DNA of 64,000 bases from Phoronis australis (Eukaryota > Animalia > Phoronida): positions 318,134 through 382,133 of the forward strand of contig NMRA01000328.1 of NCBI GenBank assembly GCA_002633005.1, in the 5' to 3' direction. Shown piece by piece: positions 22,926 to 37,350 of the stretch. The number at the start of each line of letters is the position of its first letter. Position 1 is the stretch's first letter. The notes beneath the pieces are model-generated. The model saw only the letters and a list, made by a program, of their open reading frames with translations, searched no databases and was not told the origin of the DNA. A program made the translations under genes and the position numbers.

Positions 22926-25782
22926 AGCTGTTGAGGACAGAGACAATAGTGTAATGTGGAGCAAACTATAGAAAACAGAGCAGTAGTCGGATATAACATC
23001 CCTGCATTTTGAGAATCAGTTTGATGCCCGTTATTCAGTGGAGAAAACTGGTTCTCAAAATTCAAGCACGTTATATCCGACTATTACCGGAAGCAGAAAA
23101 CAATGTAATGTGCAGCAGACTTTAGGAAAAACTGAATGGTTGCTGGAAAAAGTGGTGATAACGATGGCGGTGGTAGTTACACCGTGGATGTCTGCGTTGG
23201 TAAGTGTTGTGAGAAGTGAGATGCTGTTGTGAGTAATGTGATAGTTGATTAAAGTAAAGTTCAGCTGTAATGTGCATTCTCTGTCAGATTGATCAAAGTG
23301 GGACACACAGTGCATGGAAAGTTATCATTTTATGCCCTATAATTTTATTATTATAATGAAAGCAGATGATTCTTTGCTTGTACTGCTTATAATGTTATGG
23401 TCGGTGGCCGCTGCACGGTGGATGAAACATTTCACTGAAATGCTGTTATTTTGGGGTTAGACCACGGGCTACAGTTGATCTGAGTTGTATAGAATCTTCA
23501 CTAGAATTTTGCAGATGTGCACGACTGTGTTTTTGTACAATTGATATATCAGTTGGTAAGGAGTTGGTAAATAGTGTTGTACCTGAAGTACGTGTAAACT
23601 GCGTAACTATAAATTCTGTACTTCATAATGCAAGGTCCTCCTTGAAGAGAGTTAAATATGAACGAGGTACATTTATTGAAAAGCTTTGATTTACTAATCA
23701 AGAAAAAATATCTCGGCTTTAAAATGATAGTAAAAAGTGTTGGTAAAATGCTTTGGTTTCGAGAGGTCTTTTGATTATTTTATGGAATGCTGCTCTCAAA
23801 TTGTGGTGCTGAAACCTTGTGTCAATTGTGACAAAACTCGTTTAGAAGTGAGCATGTAGGATTGCAGCAAGGTAGTTCATTACTAGATAATCATGTGCTC
23901 TATACTTTTGGGGTTATTCATTTGTCTTAATAGTGCATTGTTAAAGACTGTTGATTTTAAGCTTATGGTGGTACACTTTTCTGCTTATTTTGTCCCATTT
24001 GAGAGCTGGAGAAATGTAAGCTACTGGGATTTGTGATTGAATCAGTTTTAAACATGAGTATTATTTATCAGATATCTGAATATTTTTATTCTTATTGTTG
24101 CTCATATCATTTTATTGTATAACAGTATTCAGGTAGTGAGTTTTTGTTTAAATATATTTGCTTAATCATCACACTCCAGTGCATTTCACCACCTTCAGTG
24201 ATTGCTGAACCTGAAGTTTGCAGTGAACTTGAAAAAACTGGTGAAGGTAGTAAAGACCACTTGGAGGGTGATGTTTGGAGAGAAAAATATGTGTAGTTTC
24301 TAAATTGTGCAATTTCTTTCTGCATTGTTCTTAGTATTGAGTGAAAATATTTTGTAGCTGGATTTTTATGTTGATAGAAGCAATTACTTTATTTTTTTAC
24401 AACAGTTTCTATACATGTTTAGTGGATGATGACCATGAATGTCTTGTCGTGTGAAACTTTGTCCATCTTTTGTTATAACCATGTCCAGAAACCAACTCTC
24501 CTTGTTAAGAGAGCTAGAAAAACATTGAGCTATCTTTGGAAAGGTGGGACTAAAAGCTGTGTATGAGCTCAGTGGGGAATATGTAAGGATACATGACTCT
24601 CTACTCAGCTTGTTTTATGTCGCCATTGCAACTTACTGTGAAACAGAAAAATTTTGCTTCTAGAGATAAACAAATTTTTATGTAAAATTGTTAAGTGTAT
24701 TTATTGTGAACACTGTTTTAACTGGGCCCCTTGGGAACTTGATGTTTTACTAAACAGGCTTGTGATGCTATCCCTTCGTGCTGCCATCTATTGTTTTTTC
24801 GCACATGATCCGCTTCAGCAAAGATACGCGACAGGAATAAACCTAAGATTAAACACTGTGAATATTTGTGTTCTTTCCATCGTTCTTGTACTTAAGTCAC
24901 TCGCAAGACTCTAACAAAACTACCCACTACAATGTTTTCAATTCAGCGGTATGCACGTCGGGAGTAAATGATACTGAGAAAAACGCCCTGTGGCAATACG
25001 GCATGGTGGGTAATTGCTGCAAAATCTGATTGGTGTTGTAGTTGAACGGGATGTGGTTATTTGTTTGATGAACGCAAGTAGTCTTGGAGTTCCCTTCATT
25101 GGTATGGAACCCCTTAGTCACATGACAAAAATTCTGAATGGTTGGTGCGTGCATCCCTGTGAATCGTTAAGAACATTGTATATGTGTTGTGCTTGTCAGT
25201 TGTTTGATTTTTGTTTATTAAATGTGCTTACTTGAGAGCAGTTTTTCTATGTTCATTACCACGAGGTGCCTTGTGCAAATTTTCCCATCATATTCAGTGA
25301 ACATAACATAGTTTTATATTATGCCATTGAAACTGCATAGTGTGTAATAATGTATCAACAAATTTCCGCTAACAACGTACCAACAAGTATCTAACTGCTC
25401 GTACTTTTTCTTAACTTTTTTGTGAAATGCCAATCCTAGTACTTATTGCCACTTTTTATGAAAAGCTGTTGTGAGGCCAGATTCATCTCAAAAAGTAAAA
25501 AGCATGTTGTTCTTTAACAAGGCCATGCCTGCTGTTAAACACGGTGAATGCTGTGGTAAATGCACTTCAGTGCAGCAGACCCTTGCGATTTTACTGTCTT
25601 GTCAAATTTTTCAATATCTTTTTCAATACCTACAAAAATTGGATTTCACTATACAGCTTTCAAAAATATGTAAAATTTTGAGCATATAAATAGCAGTGTA
25701 TTCAGACTTGAAAATAAAGAAAATAAAACAAAATTATGTAACATTTTGACCTCCTAATGAACACTTGAGTTACACATTGAAA

Positions 25783-26172
25783 TACAACTGTCCTTACAAC
25801 TGGTGAAGCTATATTATACAACTGTCCTTACAACTGGTGAAGCTATATTTTAACACTTTAGCTACACTCGTTCATTTCACATGCTGCTCCACTGGTGTTT
25901 AGCTACAACTTGCATTTACTAACAATCCTCTTGGTATAGGTAAGAATTATTAATCTTGCCATACATTACTATCTATTCCGACCCTGGAACTTTCTGCTAT
26001 TCGTGCTTAGTCCATTCAGTTATCGGGACCACCGTTCGATTACCAATCAGTCCGAGGAGGAACTTTAGGCTATTCGTGCAGACGCTCTAGTCCATTCAGT
26101 TTTCGGGACCACCGTTCGATTACCAATCAGTCCAAGAAGGGACTTTCTGCTGTCTGAATATGCCCTAGTCCA
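25783..26172. repeat. Short local direct duplications (33 bp x2 at ~25783-25848; ~75-80 bp x2-3 at ~25986-26172)
   Basis: TAGTCCATTCAGTT(A/T)TCGGGACCACCGTTCGATTACCAATCAGTCC repeated. Confidence 0.8.
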
Positions 26173-29100
26173 TCACCGGTTTATAACACAATTATACACA
26201 TACCGGTAAGTACCTATGCACTCCCAAGTTTGGGTAAGACGCCCCCTGGAGTCTGTTTAGACTGACCATGCTGTTTTAAAATCTTTAGTAATTCCAAAAC
26301 TTGTACATCTACTCTTTAATTATTACCCAGCCAACCTACCTCAGTTTTAAAGGAACTCAATTCAAAGTTTTTCAAATTGATATGGGACAATAATGAAAAA
26401 AATTTAAAAAGAAATCTTGACAAGCAATTGACAGAAGTGGGTAGATTAAAAATGTTAAATATAATGTTTTTCAACAAAGCTCTGAAGTTGACATGGATTA
26501 AGAGATAAGTTTCCACAAATTCTAAATGGGTAAACATGTTTGAAATTGTGATGGCTTTAGAAGTTGGAAAATTGATTGTTTACAATTGATTACCATAAAA
26601 GCAAACCGGGTATTAAAAACCCTTTTTGGATTTGATCGAGTCTAATTAATAAGAAAACTAATTATTCTTGTAATGCAGAAATGTGTTATCCACAAGTCTG
26701 TTGTATAACAGTGAAATACAAGCTGGAGGCAAGACCATATTTCACATTAACTATGCTGGCAAAGGTCTTCTGTATATTAGTGTTCTCTTGAATGAGCAGT
26801 TGTTTTTACTCGTAAAGTGAAATCAAGAGGTTTTTGCTCAGATCCATTTTTTTACAGTATACTTCACTCATTGAATCTGTTGTAGATTTTAATGTTTTGC
26901 ATAAGACCATTGGTCCGTTGATGCCATTCAATATTTGTGATATTGTCAACAGCTCGGGCTGTAATTCTTTTTACATAGAAATCCACATAATGTTGTTTCA
27001 ACAGCTCAACTTAAAGATGCTATGTCTCATTAAAACCGTGAATATTTGAATTTGTAGCGTCACCTTGTGACTTCCTGGAGAACTGTGTGTACAAGTATAA
27101 TCAAGAAAAGAAACAATTCTTAAAAAATTGCGGTTTTAAAGAGAACACGTTTTAAACACACCACAGCTGATATACTTCATAACAAGTGTGGGCATATAGA
27201 AAACTCTAGTAATTCCAAATATTATGCAATTGTTATTTGATAATGAATAATGAAAACTGTGCTTCGTTTTATTGGGGTAACGATGACTTATTACCATACT
27301 CATTTACATAAAGTCTCGCAAAACGAGACTTTAATGAGATTGTAATGGTAATTGGTTTCCAGCACACCGGATGACCCAGGGTTATTTGTAATATTTCAGA
27401 CAGTTTTTTTTTAAATTGGTTTATGCTTATATGCAAAACGTTTATTTATCAAGCACGATTCAAGGTTGTGATGTACACTCTTTCACAGTGTTACGAAAGG
27501 TAGCACTGTGGAATGTTGTTTATCATGGATTCTCATTGGTTAAAGTTAAGTAATGAAACTGACATCGTAACATTCAATCATTCCCATTGGTTGAAATCTG
27601 GGAAACCCCTTTCAGTTTACTGTTACGTATTGTGGCGGCCACCTTTGGCTTGAATAGTTGCAATTTATTAAAATGGGCAGTGATCGAAGTAAACAAAATC
27701 AAGGGAACCCCGATCCCTTGGCTAAGCCCAAACAAATACAGTGCATAGAAGATGTGTGTGATGTGATTGATAAACTTCTGACCAAGCATGCGCATTGATG
27801 CCCACACACGGAATTCCGTGTGTCGTTCATCAGGTTTCCACAGGACCACTTTTCAGTATAGGTGGCGCTGTGTCAGAGGGTAGGTTGTGATGCTAAATAA
27901 TTGTGGTTTCATTGGAATGTTGAAATATGAATTCAACTGTCAGAAATTTCTACTTTTGCATATAAGCATTGGAGACAATTATCCCATGTCTTCTCTGGTT
28001 GTGTGTATGAATGTTCTTTCCCATCATAAATATGACCTGCACATATCTTTGTTTTATTCAATAAATATTTAAAAAAATAAAAAAACAAAAAGGCCGTTTA
28101 GATTTTTGTATAGACCTGAGGTCCCGACAGTAAACTATAGCATCCTCACAGTTCTACCTCTGGTTAGGACAGAGATCTTTCCAGACTTAACTGTAGATCA
28201 CGTGATATGACCAACAGGTGGCGTGTAAAAATATGTAACGTTCTTCCCTACATATTAACATGTTCATTTAAAACAGTACAATTATTGCAATCATTTGTTC
28301 AAAATTACGATAAAATTGGGTCTTACACTAAAGGCCTTGATATCTATTACAAATTAATAACATTGCAGTAAATATTTCAACTTGATATCATGCAACAGTT
28401 GCCAGCATTCTTATTGCAAGATGATCATACATGGATATTTGCACAATCGTATTTTTAACCCTCTCGTGAAAATAAGCGTTGAGGTCCTGCCAAACCACTG
28501 AGAGTTGACTGAGGAGCATAACATACAGTGCACGACATAAGTAAACTGATAAAATACAGTTTTACTGTGATGACGCCTAATTCTGTTGGACGGCAAAATT
28601 CTAATTAGAGAATGGCTTAGTTACCTTACTAACTCCTGTAATAATTCCCTTCAAGCTCAGACATGAGGTAAGACTACTCTGACAATAAATTCCTCTTCTA
28701 CCCAGTTGTCATGACGGGGAGTTCCAGGTCATTTTGTCTGGATACTTTTAGCTTGCACTGTACATAATTGTACATATGATAGAAACCACATGAAAGTGCA
28801 CCTTTCCAAGACATAATTTGCTAGTTTCACTCTGTTATGGCACTCATCTCCCCCTACAGGCCAATGCAGAGGAAGAGCTACGACAACTGCTAATTCATTT
28901 AATGTTCTCACCCTGACGTGAGTCGTCAACTCAGCTGTTGTTGACTTGAGGCACACAGCTCAGCTCATAAATCTCGGTCTGTAATGGGCTTAAATGATGT
29001 GATTTCTATGATCCTGGAAATGGTTTGCACAAAGTGTTTCCTTCAGAACACTGACCTGGTCAATCACAGACTGGTTACAAGGTTCAATACAAAATGTGAG

Positions 29101-29387
29101 GCAAACATTTGTCATCAAATGTAACAATGACTAAATCTACAAATATTGAGTGACAATTGTATTTATGGCAGATTGGTGAAACTGAACCTTCTTAATATAG
29201 CCTACTTTTGATAATTTACAGGTTGCAAGTTTCAACATAACACTTGGCTGACTAACTGACTGTCTACTGCACAGCTCCTTCTTTATAAATACCCTCTCCG
29301 GTTCAACAGCTAGTAACTTTAAATTGCAACTTTTTATTAAAAAGTATCCACAACAAAAGCCTTGAATTGCTCGAAGAAAAGGCCAGA

Positions 29388-30892
29388 TCACTGATCCTCA
29401 TTGTGAATTCTTAAAATGTGCTGTTTCAGCTCTCTCTTGCCCTTAGATCGATACATACAGAATGGGCACTTGTGTGGCCGTTCATCAGAATGGTATTGCA
29501 TGTGTTTCTTCAAATCACATGCCCGTCGATGTGTTGCACCACACAAAGAGCACACATGAGGCTTGAAGCCCGTGTGAATTCTCACGTGCACATTTAAATT
29601 CGATATGCTCCTGAATGCTTTACCACAGTGCGGACAATTGAATGGTTTCTCCCCAGTATGTATTCTTTTATGATTGACTAGGTAAGCATGCTGAAGAAAC
29701 CGTTTGCCACAAAGATCACAAGCGAATGGCTTCTCGGTATGAATGAACTTGTGTGTCTGCATTGCCCAGCGCGACTTGAAACCTTTACCGCACATTTCAC
29801 ACATGAATTCTCCTCCATTGATCTGAGTTCGCTGCTTATAACGTGAAGGCTTTGTGATTCGTGGTTCTTGTATATGCTTCACCCTGATATGAGACTCCAG
29901 TCGTTCCTCACTACTGCACAAAGTACCACAAACATTACACTGGCATGACCGCTCAACAGTATGAATTATTCTGTGCTCTTTGAGTTCAGCTTTGCTCTCG
30001 CATATCAGTCCACAAACTCTGCAGTCGAATACCACTGGCAAAGCTTGGTACTTGCTGTTATCTGGTACTGAGCAGTTCATTGCGAATGCATGTGCTGTGA
30101 ATTCCTCAAAGACATCAAACACTGCTTCACAGATCTGACATTGATACCGGCCATCCTCAGTCATTACCTTGCCCTGTAGACTATCTTGTCCAGCTGTCTC
30201 TGTCATTACTCCATCGTTCATTTCACTGACTGAGGCACCAGCCACTGATTCTGTCACTGTGTCCACCGACTCCCCCAGACCTTCATCAGCCCCGTCCTTA
30301 CCCAGATACACACCAACAGCTGTATCTTCATCTTCCTCCCTCACACCATCTCCAACCTCTACCCCCTCACTACTACTTCTCTCATCTGCTGACACGTCAC
30401 TGGACCCCTCTACATCTGACTCTTCATCACCAGCACTACCATAGAGGGCACTCGAGTCTGACACCTCCTCCTTCACGGACACGTCTCCCACATCCATCAC
30501 CTCTCCTGATTCACACAACATACTAAGAGGCATTTCCTCTCCTTGACACTCTTGGCTACCACTAGGGCTACCCAGAATGCATTGGTCCACACCTCTTTCA
30601 GTGTCTATTGCACCGGTACCCCACTGACCTTCTACATTGTCATTTCCGGTCTTTTTTAACTCTGCTTCGATGCTGAACAAGTTTTGAACAATTGCATTGC
30701 GCAGTTGTTTAGTACCATCCACCCTGAACCTGAAGAAGTCATGACCAGGATTCTCTGAAGAGTTAATCAGAACCACTTGTTCACCAGTTCTCCTGGCGTA
30801 GAATTTCACCCACAAACAAAGGTCCTCCCATGTGTTAGGGATGGCTTTACCTGCTTTGTTGCGGTTGTTGACTGAGCCAGCATTAGTGTTAC
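29388..30892 (-). CDS. Zinc-finger gene terminal exon (C2H2 array)
   Basis: 475-aa ORF extended to tgtag acceptor; tandem CxxC-12-HxxxH fingers. Confidence 0.93.
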
Positions 30893-33183
30893 CTACAATT
30901 TACAAAAATATTAAAATTAATAAAGCAACACTGTGATCGTGATTATTTGTGAGTAAATATCCAAACGTACAATATCAACTTATGGCACTCTATACAGTTC
31001 CAACTATTTACACCTCTTGTTAGACTCTGCATATTCATGTTATCAACATGACTCGTATAAAAAGATTATCTCTTTCCAAAAAGGACTAGCTACAAGACTA
31101 CTTAAGTCGTACAAATGTTCAGTGAAAATTAAGACAGAACATATAGAATATTGCATGTATTGTCGACTTTACAGTCAAATGTGTCCCTGTGTAAATTAAG
31201 TTAGAATAAATTGTATATTGTCAAAATTCCTTACGTGGTCTGGATCACACCTTACTTAGTGTGAATAGTACAGCCAGACTGACTACAATCCATCTGTGTA
31301 ACAATGAACCACCCCCCAAAAAATGTATGTGGTAACCAAAGTTTGGGGCTTGAGGAATGTGACAATGTCAGAAGAAGAATATTATAAACCAGGTGTCTTG
31401 TACAATATGGATTGACTGCACTGTACTCAGCTTTCCCCCAGATATATTATGCCAAGCAATTATTTACTTGAAGATGGTTCAGTAGCTTTATCTGCATGCG
31501 ATACCAGTCCATCCATTATATGGTAATATAAAAACTCCCGTCCTCCATCTGTTTTTCCACCTTTTTTCTTTGCTTCTCTAAACCGTTTTCTCAAGTACTT
31601 GAGTCTCAACTGAACCTTGGTACTGTCCATGTCAGGTACTCCACGCTTCTGCAATACAAGTATGTAACATTACAAGTCTAGATCACATAAAGCATTTTTA
31701 TAGACTTGTTGATTGGTAATTTTGGTTATGTATGACCCTAAATGTGTCCAAATTTGGCAAACTTCAGAATGTCACCTTAAAATTGACTGGATGGTTTCAT
31801 ATTACTTTATGTACTGCAATCCAAAACGTGTTTAGGAATTCTTTTCAAAGTGTTCAGTTTTTGCATGATCGGCTATCAAAACTAGGAATTTTAAGATTAA
31901 TCATTGCATTAACAAAAAAAAGTATTTAACTATTTTCAAATGGTAAGGTTTTTACCTATCTCTGCAAATTTTCACTAAAAGGACATGGTAACATGACCCA
32001 ATTAATGACAACTTGATATAAAGTTTAAAAATGAAAGTCTATAGGCTTTCTACTTTCAGAAAACATGTATTTTTACACAGTTATTGTCAATCATTTTGAA
32101 GATAAAATATAGACTTGTTGATAAGGTCCTGAATTTTTTGTTTAACATCTGTATCGTAATTTGCACAACACTAAGCAACAAGACCACGTTGATTATTTTT
32201 GTTGATCATTGTTATGTTTATAATTAGACAGGTCACTTGTCTGCACTGTCTCCTCTTAATTGTTGTGGCTGTTAAATGGGTGACCTTTCCATAACCCTTT
32301 GTACATTTCCATTTGACTGCAAATTGACTGTAATGGATTTCAGTCTTCAATTTTGAATGAATATATAGAAGAAATGTTGAATGCGAAAATATTCTCTGAA
32401 CTGGAAGGATTAAAAGATTCCAACTGCCTCCTATGTATTGTTCAGTGTAGAGAATTTTTTATGTATTGGTCCCGCAATCACCCGTTTTCTCTTTTACCGG
32501 AACTTGTGTCACAGGATGGGAGGAATATATGAACAGTTCCGAATCATAATTTATTGTTTGGTGAATAAGATCACCAATAGCTGAAAAATAAAAACGGGTT
32601 AAAATTAAAGTTCTTTTATTAAGTGCTTTAGTGCAACTTGCAAATTTTTATCAATGTGAACGCGATTATTTAAGTGAACTTGCAAAGTTTCCTCTGGTGT
32701 TTCAAGTTCAAGCGTATGCAATCTTAAGAACAAGCAGTATTCCAAGTTCAAGCACAGCACCACCGCCTAGCTGAATACAAGTGCTTGGTTTGTGACCTAA
32801 TACTAATAGTCGGCATTATTCCTTTGTTTTGGACAAGGGACTTTTAGTAGTTTAGGAATTATGCAAAATCATGTTGAAGTTGAAGATTGACGTTGCTCAG
32901 CAGATCATAACAAACAGTACTTATAAATGAAGGTATCCGTTTTACAAGATTTCGAGAGAACTCGGTGAAAATAAAGACAACGCATTGCAAGGGTCGAAAA
33001 TCGGAATGCGGTAACCCGAGACGAGTGGCCGAGAGGGAACATTACATGTGATTTTACCTCAAGCTCTTCGGCAATTTCCCTGAACACGAACGTATTTCTC
33101 TTGGTTCCAGTAAGCATTGCTTGGATACTGTCACGTGCCCAAATTTCAAGGAGGATACGAGTTTCTGATTCAGTCCAGTACAT
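29388..33183 (-). CDS. Myb/SANT-like domain + C2H2 zinc-finger protein, 3 exons, 603 aa
   Basis: Exons 33183-33058 (MYWTESETRILLEIWARDSIQAML...REIAEELE), 31648-31468 (KRGVPDMDSTKVQLRLKYLRKRFREAKK...FLYYHIMDGLV), 30892-29388 (acidic tract, 7 canonical C2H2 fingers with HTEKPF/HTGEKPF linkers plus one C2HC-like finger). GT-AG, phases 0 and 1. Confidence 0.85.
31468..31648 (-). CDS. Zinc-finger gene exon 2 (C-terminal half of Myb/SANT-like domain)
   Basis: ttgcag/gtaaat; K-x-L-R-K-x-F...F-x-YY-x-x-MD pattern. Confidence 0.8.
33058..33183 (-). CDS. Zinc-finger gene exon 1 (N-terminal half of Myb/SANT-like domain)
   Basis: ATG 33183; W-T-x-x-E-T-x-x-L-L-x-x-W motif; gtaaaa donor. Confidence 0.8.
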
Positions 33184-36100
33184 CTTGAACGTGCAGAAAT
33201 AACTCGACCAGCGAACATGCAAAATAACCGGATGTACAATACTCAGTTGTTGTCGATAGGTAGCGTAAGTTATTCTATGTTTCGTTGCGTATCCAAATTA
33301 GTGCGTTACTGTGGTGCTCAAAGTATTAGTGGAGCTGTGGAAGGAATTTCATCACTTCCAGTAGGCTAAAATCCCAGATTTTCTGCTGTGCTCGAGATAT
33401 AATCCGAAGAACAGGGTATCTCGACTTCAGCGCTCTCTCTCGGGCAGCTCAAACAGCACTTCTTCTGTCACTGGCTTGGCAGAGGCCGCTTTCGTCAGAA
33501 ATATCCTTTGCTGAGCGAATTTTTTAAGATTGAAGTCAGCCAGAAGACAGGGCCAAATTTCTAGGAAAAACTGACGAAAATAACATGCACGCCCGAATTT
33601 ATTTTCAGTTTTCTTTCTAGCCAAAATTTTCCTGACAACGTTTAATTCTTTTTTTTTTATTCCGGGTGAAAAACATAAGTAGGCCTATGTAAAATAGATG
33701 GCATTAGGCCCATTGTCCAGAGCAACAGATGAACATGGTCTTTGCATTAATAAACTTTTACGTAGTTGAAACAATACATAGACTTATACATATATACACA
33801 TCAAGCACACAAATATACCCACTACTGAGTATTCAGGGAAAATTTGGTCCGGGCTGTAGAGTAACATCAGAGACCGTAGAGACGTCTTTGGTAACATACT
33901 ACAATAACCTTAGATGACTGGCTACTGTGGCAAAAGTTGGCAACTTCGCAAAGAAATGTGTGATTAGCATCCAAAGTCATGAGAACGAAGTACTGATTAT
34001 TAAGGGATTTGGCGAAAAGAATGATTATTCTGATAATTGCCATAGTGTTCATATGTCGCCCTTCTGATTAAACTGAAACATAATTTACAATCGGCTTCCT
34101 CGTTAATTTAAGTTAGCAATGATATTTTCCACCCTCAACCGTCCTCCGCCGAGTACTATGCCAAGAATGACACTTGCCGGCTTTCCTCATAATCCGACTG
34201 GTGCCTGGTGATTTGGTAATTGGCGATTCAAAAACTTTTCATGTGTACTTTTCATGAAAAATATTCTATTTTAAAACTCTAGAAACGAAATCTAAAAAAC
34301 ATCATTGACGTCCCAGTGTGTTTAGGATGGATCTAATTATCTAGAAAACGATAAAATCAGAAGCCTGACTCGGAGGCGATGTAATTGCCTACAACTGCAT
34401 GGTGTCTTTGATCTTTGCGGTAGATTCTGCGGTACGCAAACCGGTCGAGTTGCCTAATCTCGACCTGTGAGGGTGCCAACGTAGGCCTGGATTATTCATT
34501 GGAGACACTCCACAGTCCACTGAATCGGCCTCTCCCTCGAACCCAACAATCCTCAGTGAAATTCAAATGTCAAGGCCGGGAACTCCAGTCGTATTAGAAC
34601 TAAAAAGGTATGCCCACGACTTATTCTTATTTACCTTACTTATACTGGAGGGTACTCATGAGTAATGGACAAGCCTTCGTCGATAAAGTTACACCTAATA
34701 AAGGTAGATGTATGGGCGCAGATTGTGTGTCCCTTGTACAGATAGTTCGAACAGGTGAAAAACCCGTGTGGTTGGACGGTCCGTGTTTGCATTCTTTTCG
34801 TATGGTATTTAAAGGGGGCTTTTCATCCCTGTTCCATGTCAATGTTGAATTCTTAACCGAAGCGCTGTGTGCTCTAAAAACGTCTTGAATGGTTACCGAA
34901 TGGGGAGCCCGCAACGTAAGTCAATGCAATGCGTGCATACGCCATTTTCGAATTCGCAGAGTTTAGGGTTGGCCATCCCCATTAAATTGAGACAGACGCT
35001 TTTTTGAATCGCTGATGATTTCTATGTTTTTGTTTGATAATGAAAATGTAAACTTGTTGCGTTAAGGAGTATTTTGAGACCGATTTTAAGAGGGTGAAAT
35101 GTCCGATTCGATTTTCGTAATTTAGCCAAACATGGCGAAATGTAACTTGAATTGTCTTGTTTGATCACTCGTGTACTCCATGTCACTTTTAATGAATGAA
35201 TGACATAGGAGTCAAAATATCAAAAAAAAAACAAAGAAAACTATTTCTGTCTTTATATGAAAACAATATTTTTTTGAAATATCATTTCTCAGTACGTTTT
35301 CTATAAAACGCTCGGCTGTCAATGTTCTCAAAAACTTTCATAGTCCTGAAGTTATCAATAAACAATTGCGAACATAAACTCATAATACGTTACTATATTA
35401 TTGTTTTTATTCTGACGTGTGCCAAATGCGCATCATTCAGTCATAATTTGACTTTCACATCGGAAATTGATCAAAAACGCCTTAAAAATTTAAACTTTTT
35501 TGTAAAGCGATTACACCTCCCTCCATTGCATATCATAAAACGGTAAGTTTTGGTTTCTAGGAGATCATTTACTGATATGATATAAAATTGTTCTTTAGTC
35601 AAAACAGGTAATTTCTGGGCTTTCGAAGAACTTAGACTTTGCCATTGCTTGAAACCTAGCTCTACAAGTTGCCTTGTCACGTGATTTGGTCTCAGCTGAC
35701 GAACTGCCACTTCTTTTCAAACCCAGACATCCTTCTAATCTGAAAAAGAAACAAGATTAGATAAGCGGTAAGTGGTCTGAATCAAATATTTAATGAAGAA
35801 CAACACGGTTCTATAGCCGCCTTTTGTTTTCTTCGTGACTTGAAAAAAGTCGAGCGTATTGCCACCAACGTGTTTGAAGTTTTGCAGTTATCACGTATTT
35901 TAGGTCAACTTACTGTAAATCCGAGCATATGATATTCCAGTTTTAATGAACAGGGTAAAAAGATACTAGTGGATAACTTCTACTGCAACCATAATCTGTT
36001 TGCGCATAGCAACACCTTCATTTGAGTTTTTTTCTTAAAAATAAGTGTACCCTTGGGCCAAAACGAATATGGCAACTTGGCCAATTATTGTTCGTTCTCA

Positions 36101-37350
36101 CAAAGGACCTTTTTGTTTTGTGTACCAGCGTGATAATTGACCAATCAGTGGTTTAAGCTTTGTATCCTGCTCCTTCAGAGTCAATTACAATTCAGGCATG
36201 CTGTGCCGTGGTAGTATAAGCAGTGACGCTAACTCAATCATCTGAAATAGACTATGGGCACGTTATCTCCCACGCCATAGCATCTAGTTATATTCGTTGC
36301 TTCTCTTTCGGGTTCTATGTAATGCTACAGCCTTGGTAATGTTTACTATTTTACCACGAAGGCCAAAATTTCACATAAAGATGTTATTCTAAAAACCTTA
36401 TCTGGTTTCATATTTCATTTACTGACTTAAAATCGTATCGCGTTTAGAATTGAATTGCGTCGACATCTTTTGTGCAACAGAAAACCGGTTCTTATAGTTG
36501 CACAGGTTAAGAAATTGCGCGCTTACAGACACAATACGTTACTCAAGTTGTGTATAGGTTTGATGATATAATTGCATATTTTACAATTTTATGGATTTAA
36601 CTTTGAAATTTGAAAATCCACACGACGAACTACTTTTTCCTGCATGCGGGCTTCCAAATGTCGCAGACTTGATTTGTTGTTTGGCAAACTAGGTGTGGCT
36701 TTCACTGTTGAGAAGGAAAGCAATTGCGACTGCTTCTATAATCCACCGATTTCGTAAAGGTTTAAAGATGCATGGAACCCGAAAGCTCGTCAAAAATATA
36801 AACACTTCCTGGCGAAAGTGACAGCTTGCAACGTCTAGTACTGAGTAATTCACTTTCCCCTGTGAGGAAATTTCCAGAAAGAAATCACAAAATTCACGAT
36901 TTTTGAAATACGCGCGAAGGAAAAACTGTGGTTACCACAGAATTTCTCATCTTCCTCCCACTTATGATAAATGCGCGCATGCACTCACAGTCAGTTGCTT
37001 GCAGTCACTTGAGGTCAAAGGTCTCATTTTCTATATAAAGGAAATGTGCTCCATCTATATCTTGCAATACCAAATAAGGAGACGTGCTTTGCCTTGTGGA
37101 AGAAAAATCGACTAAGTGGCGAGCAATTGACAGATCGTTTTCTGAAATTTGAAACTAAAAGAAAATGCTTTGATATCACAAGAAATTTAAAAAATCTTTA
37201 CGAACAAACCCTAAATGAACTGGTGAGCAGGTTGAAATTTGTTTCAGTGGCAGAGAATCATTTTCAGTGTTGCAATTTAGTCTGTTTATCGTGTTCCAGG
37301 TATCTTTAAAACACACGTAGGGCCATCGTAGCCTAAGCGATGAGATACAG

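Noticed and set aside
30169-30444. Ser/Pro/Thr-rich plus-strand ORF
   Set aside because: Antisense shadow of the acidic linker of the zinc-finger CDS
34330-35770. Short ORFs and an exon-like segment (35657-35739, minus strand) upstream of the zinc-finger gene
   Set aside because: No recognisable protein motif or consistent multi-exon frame; cannot support as a gene
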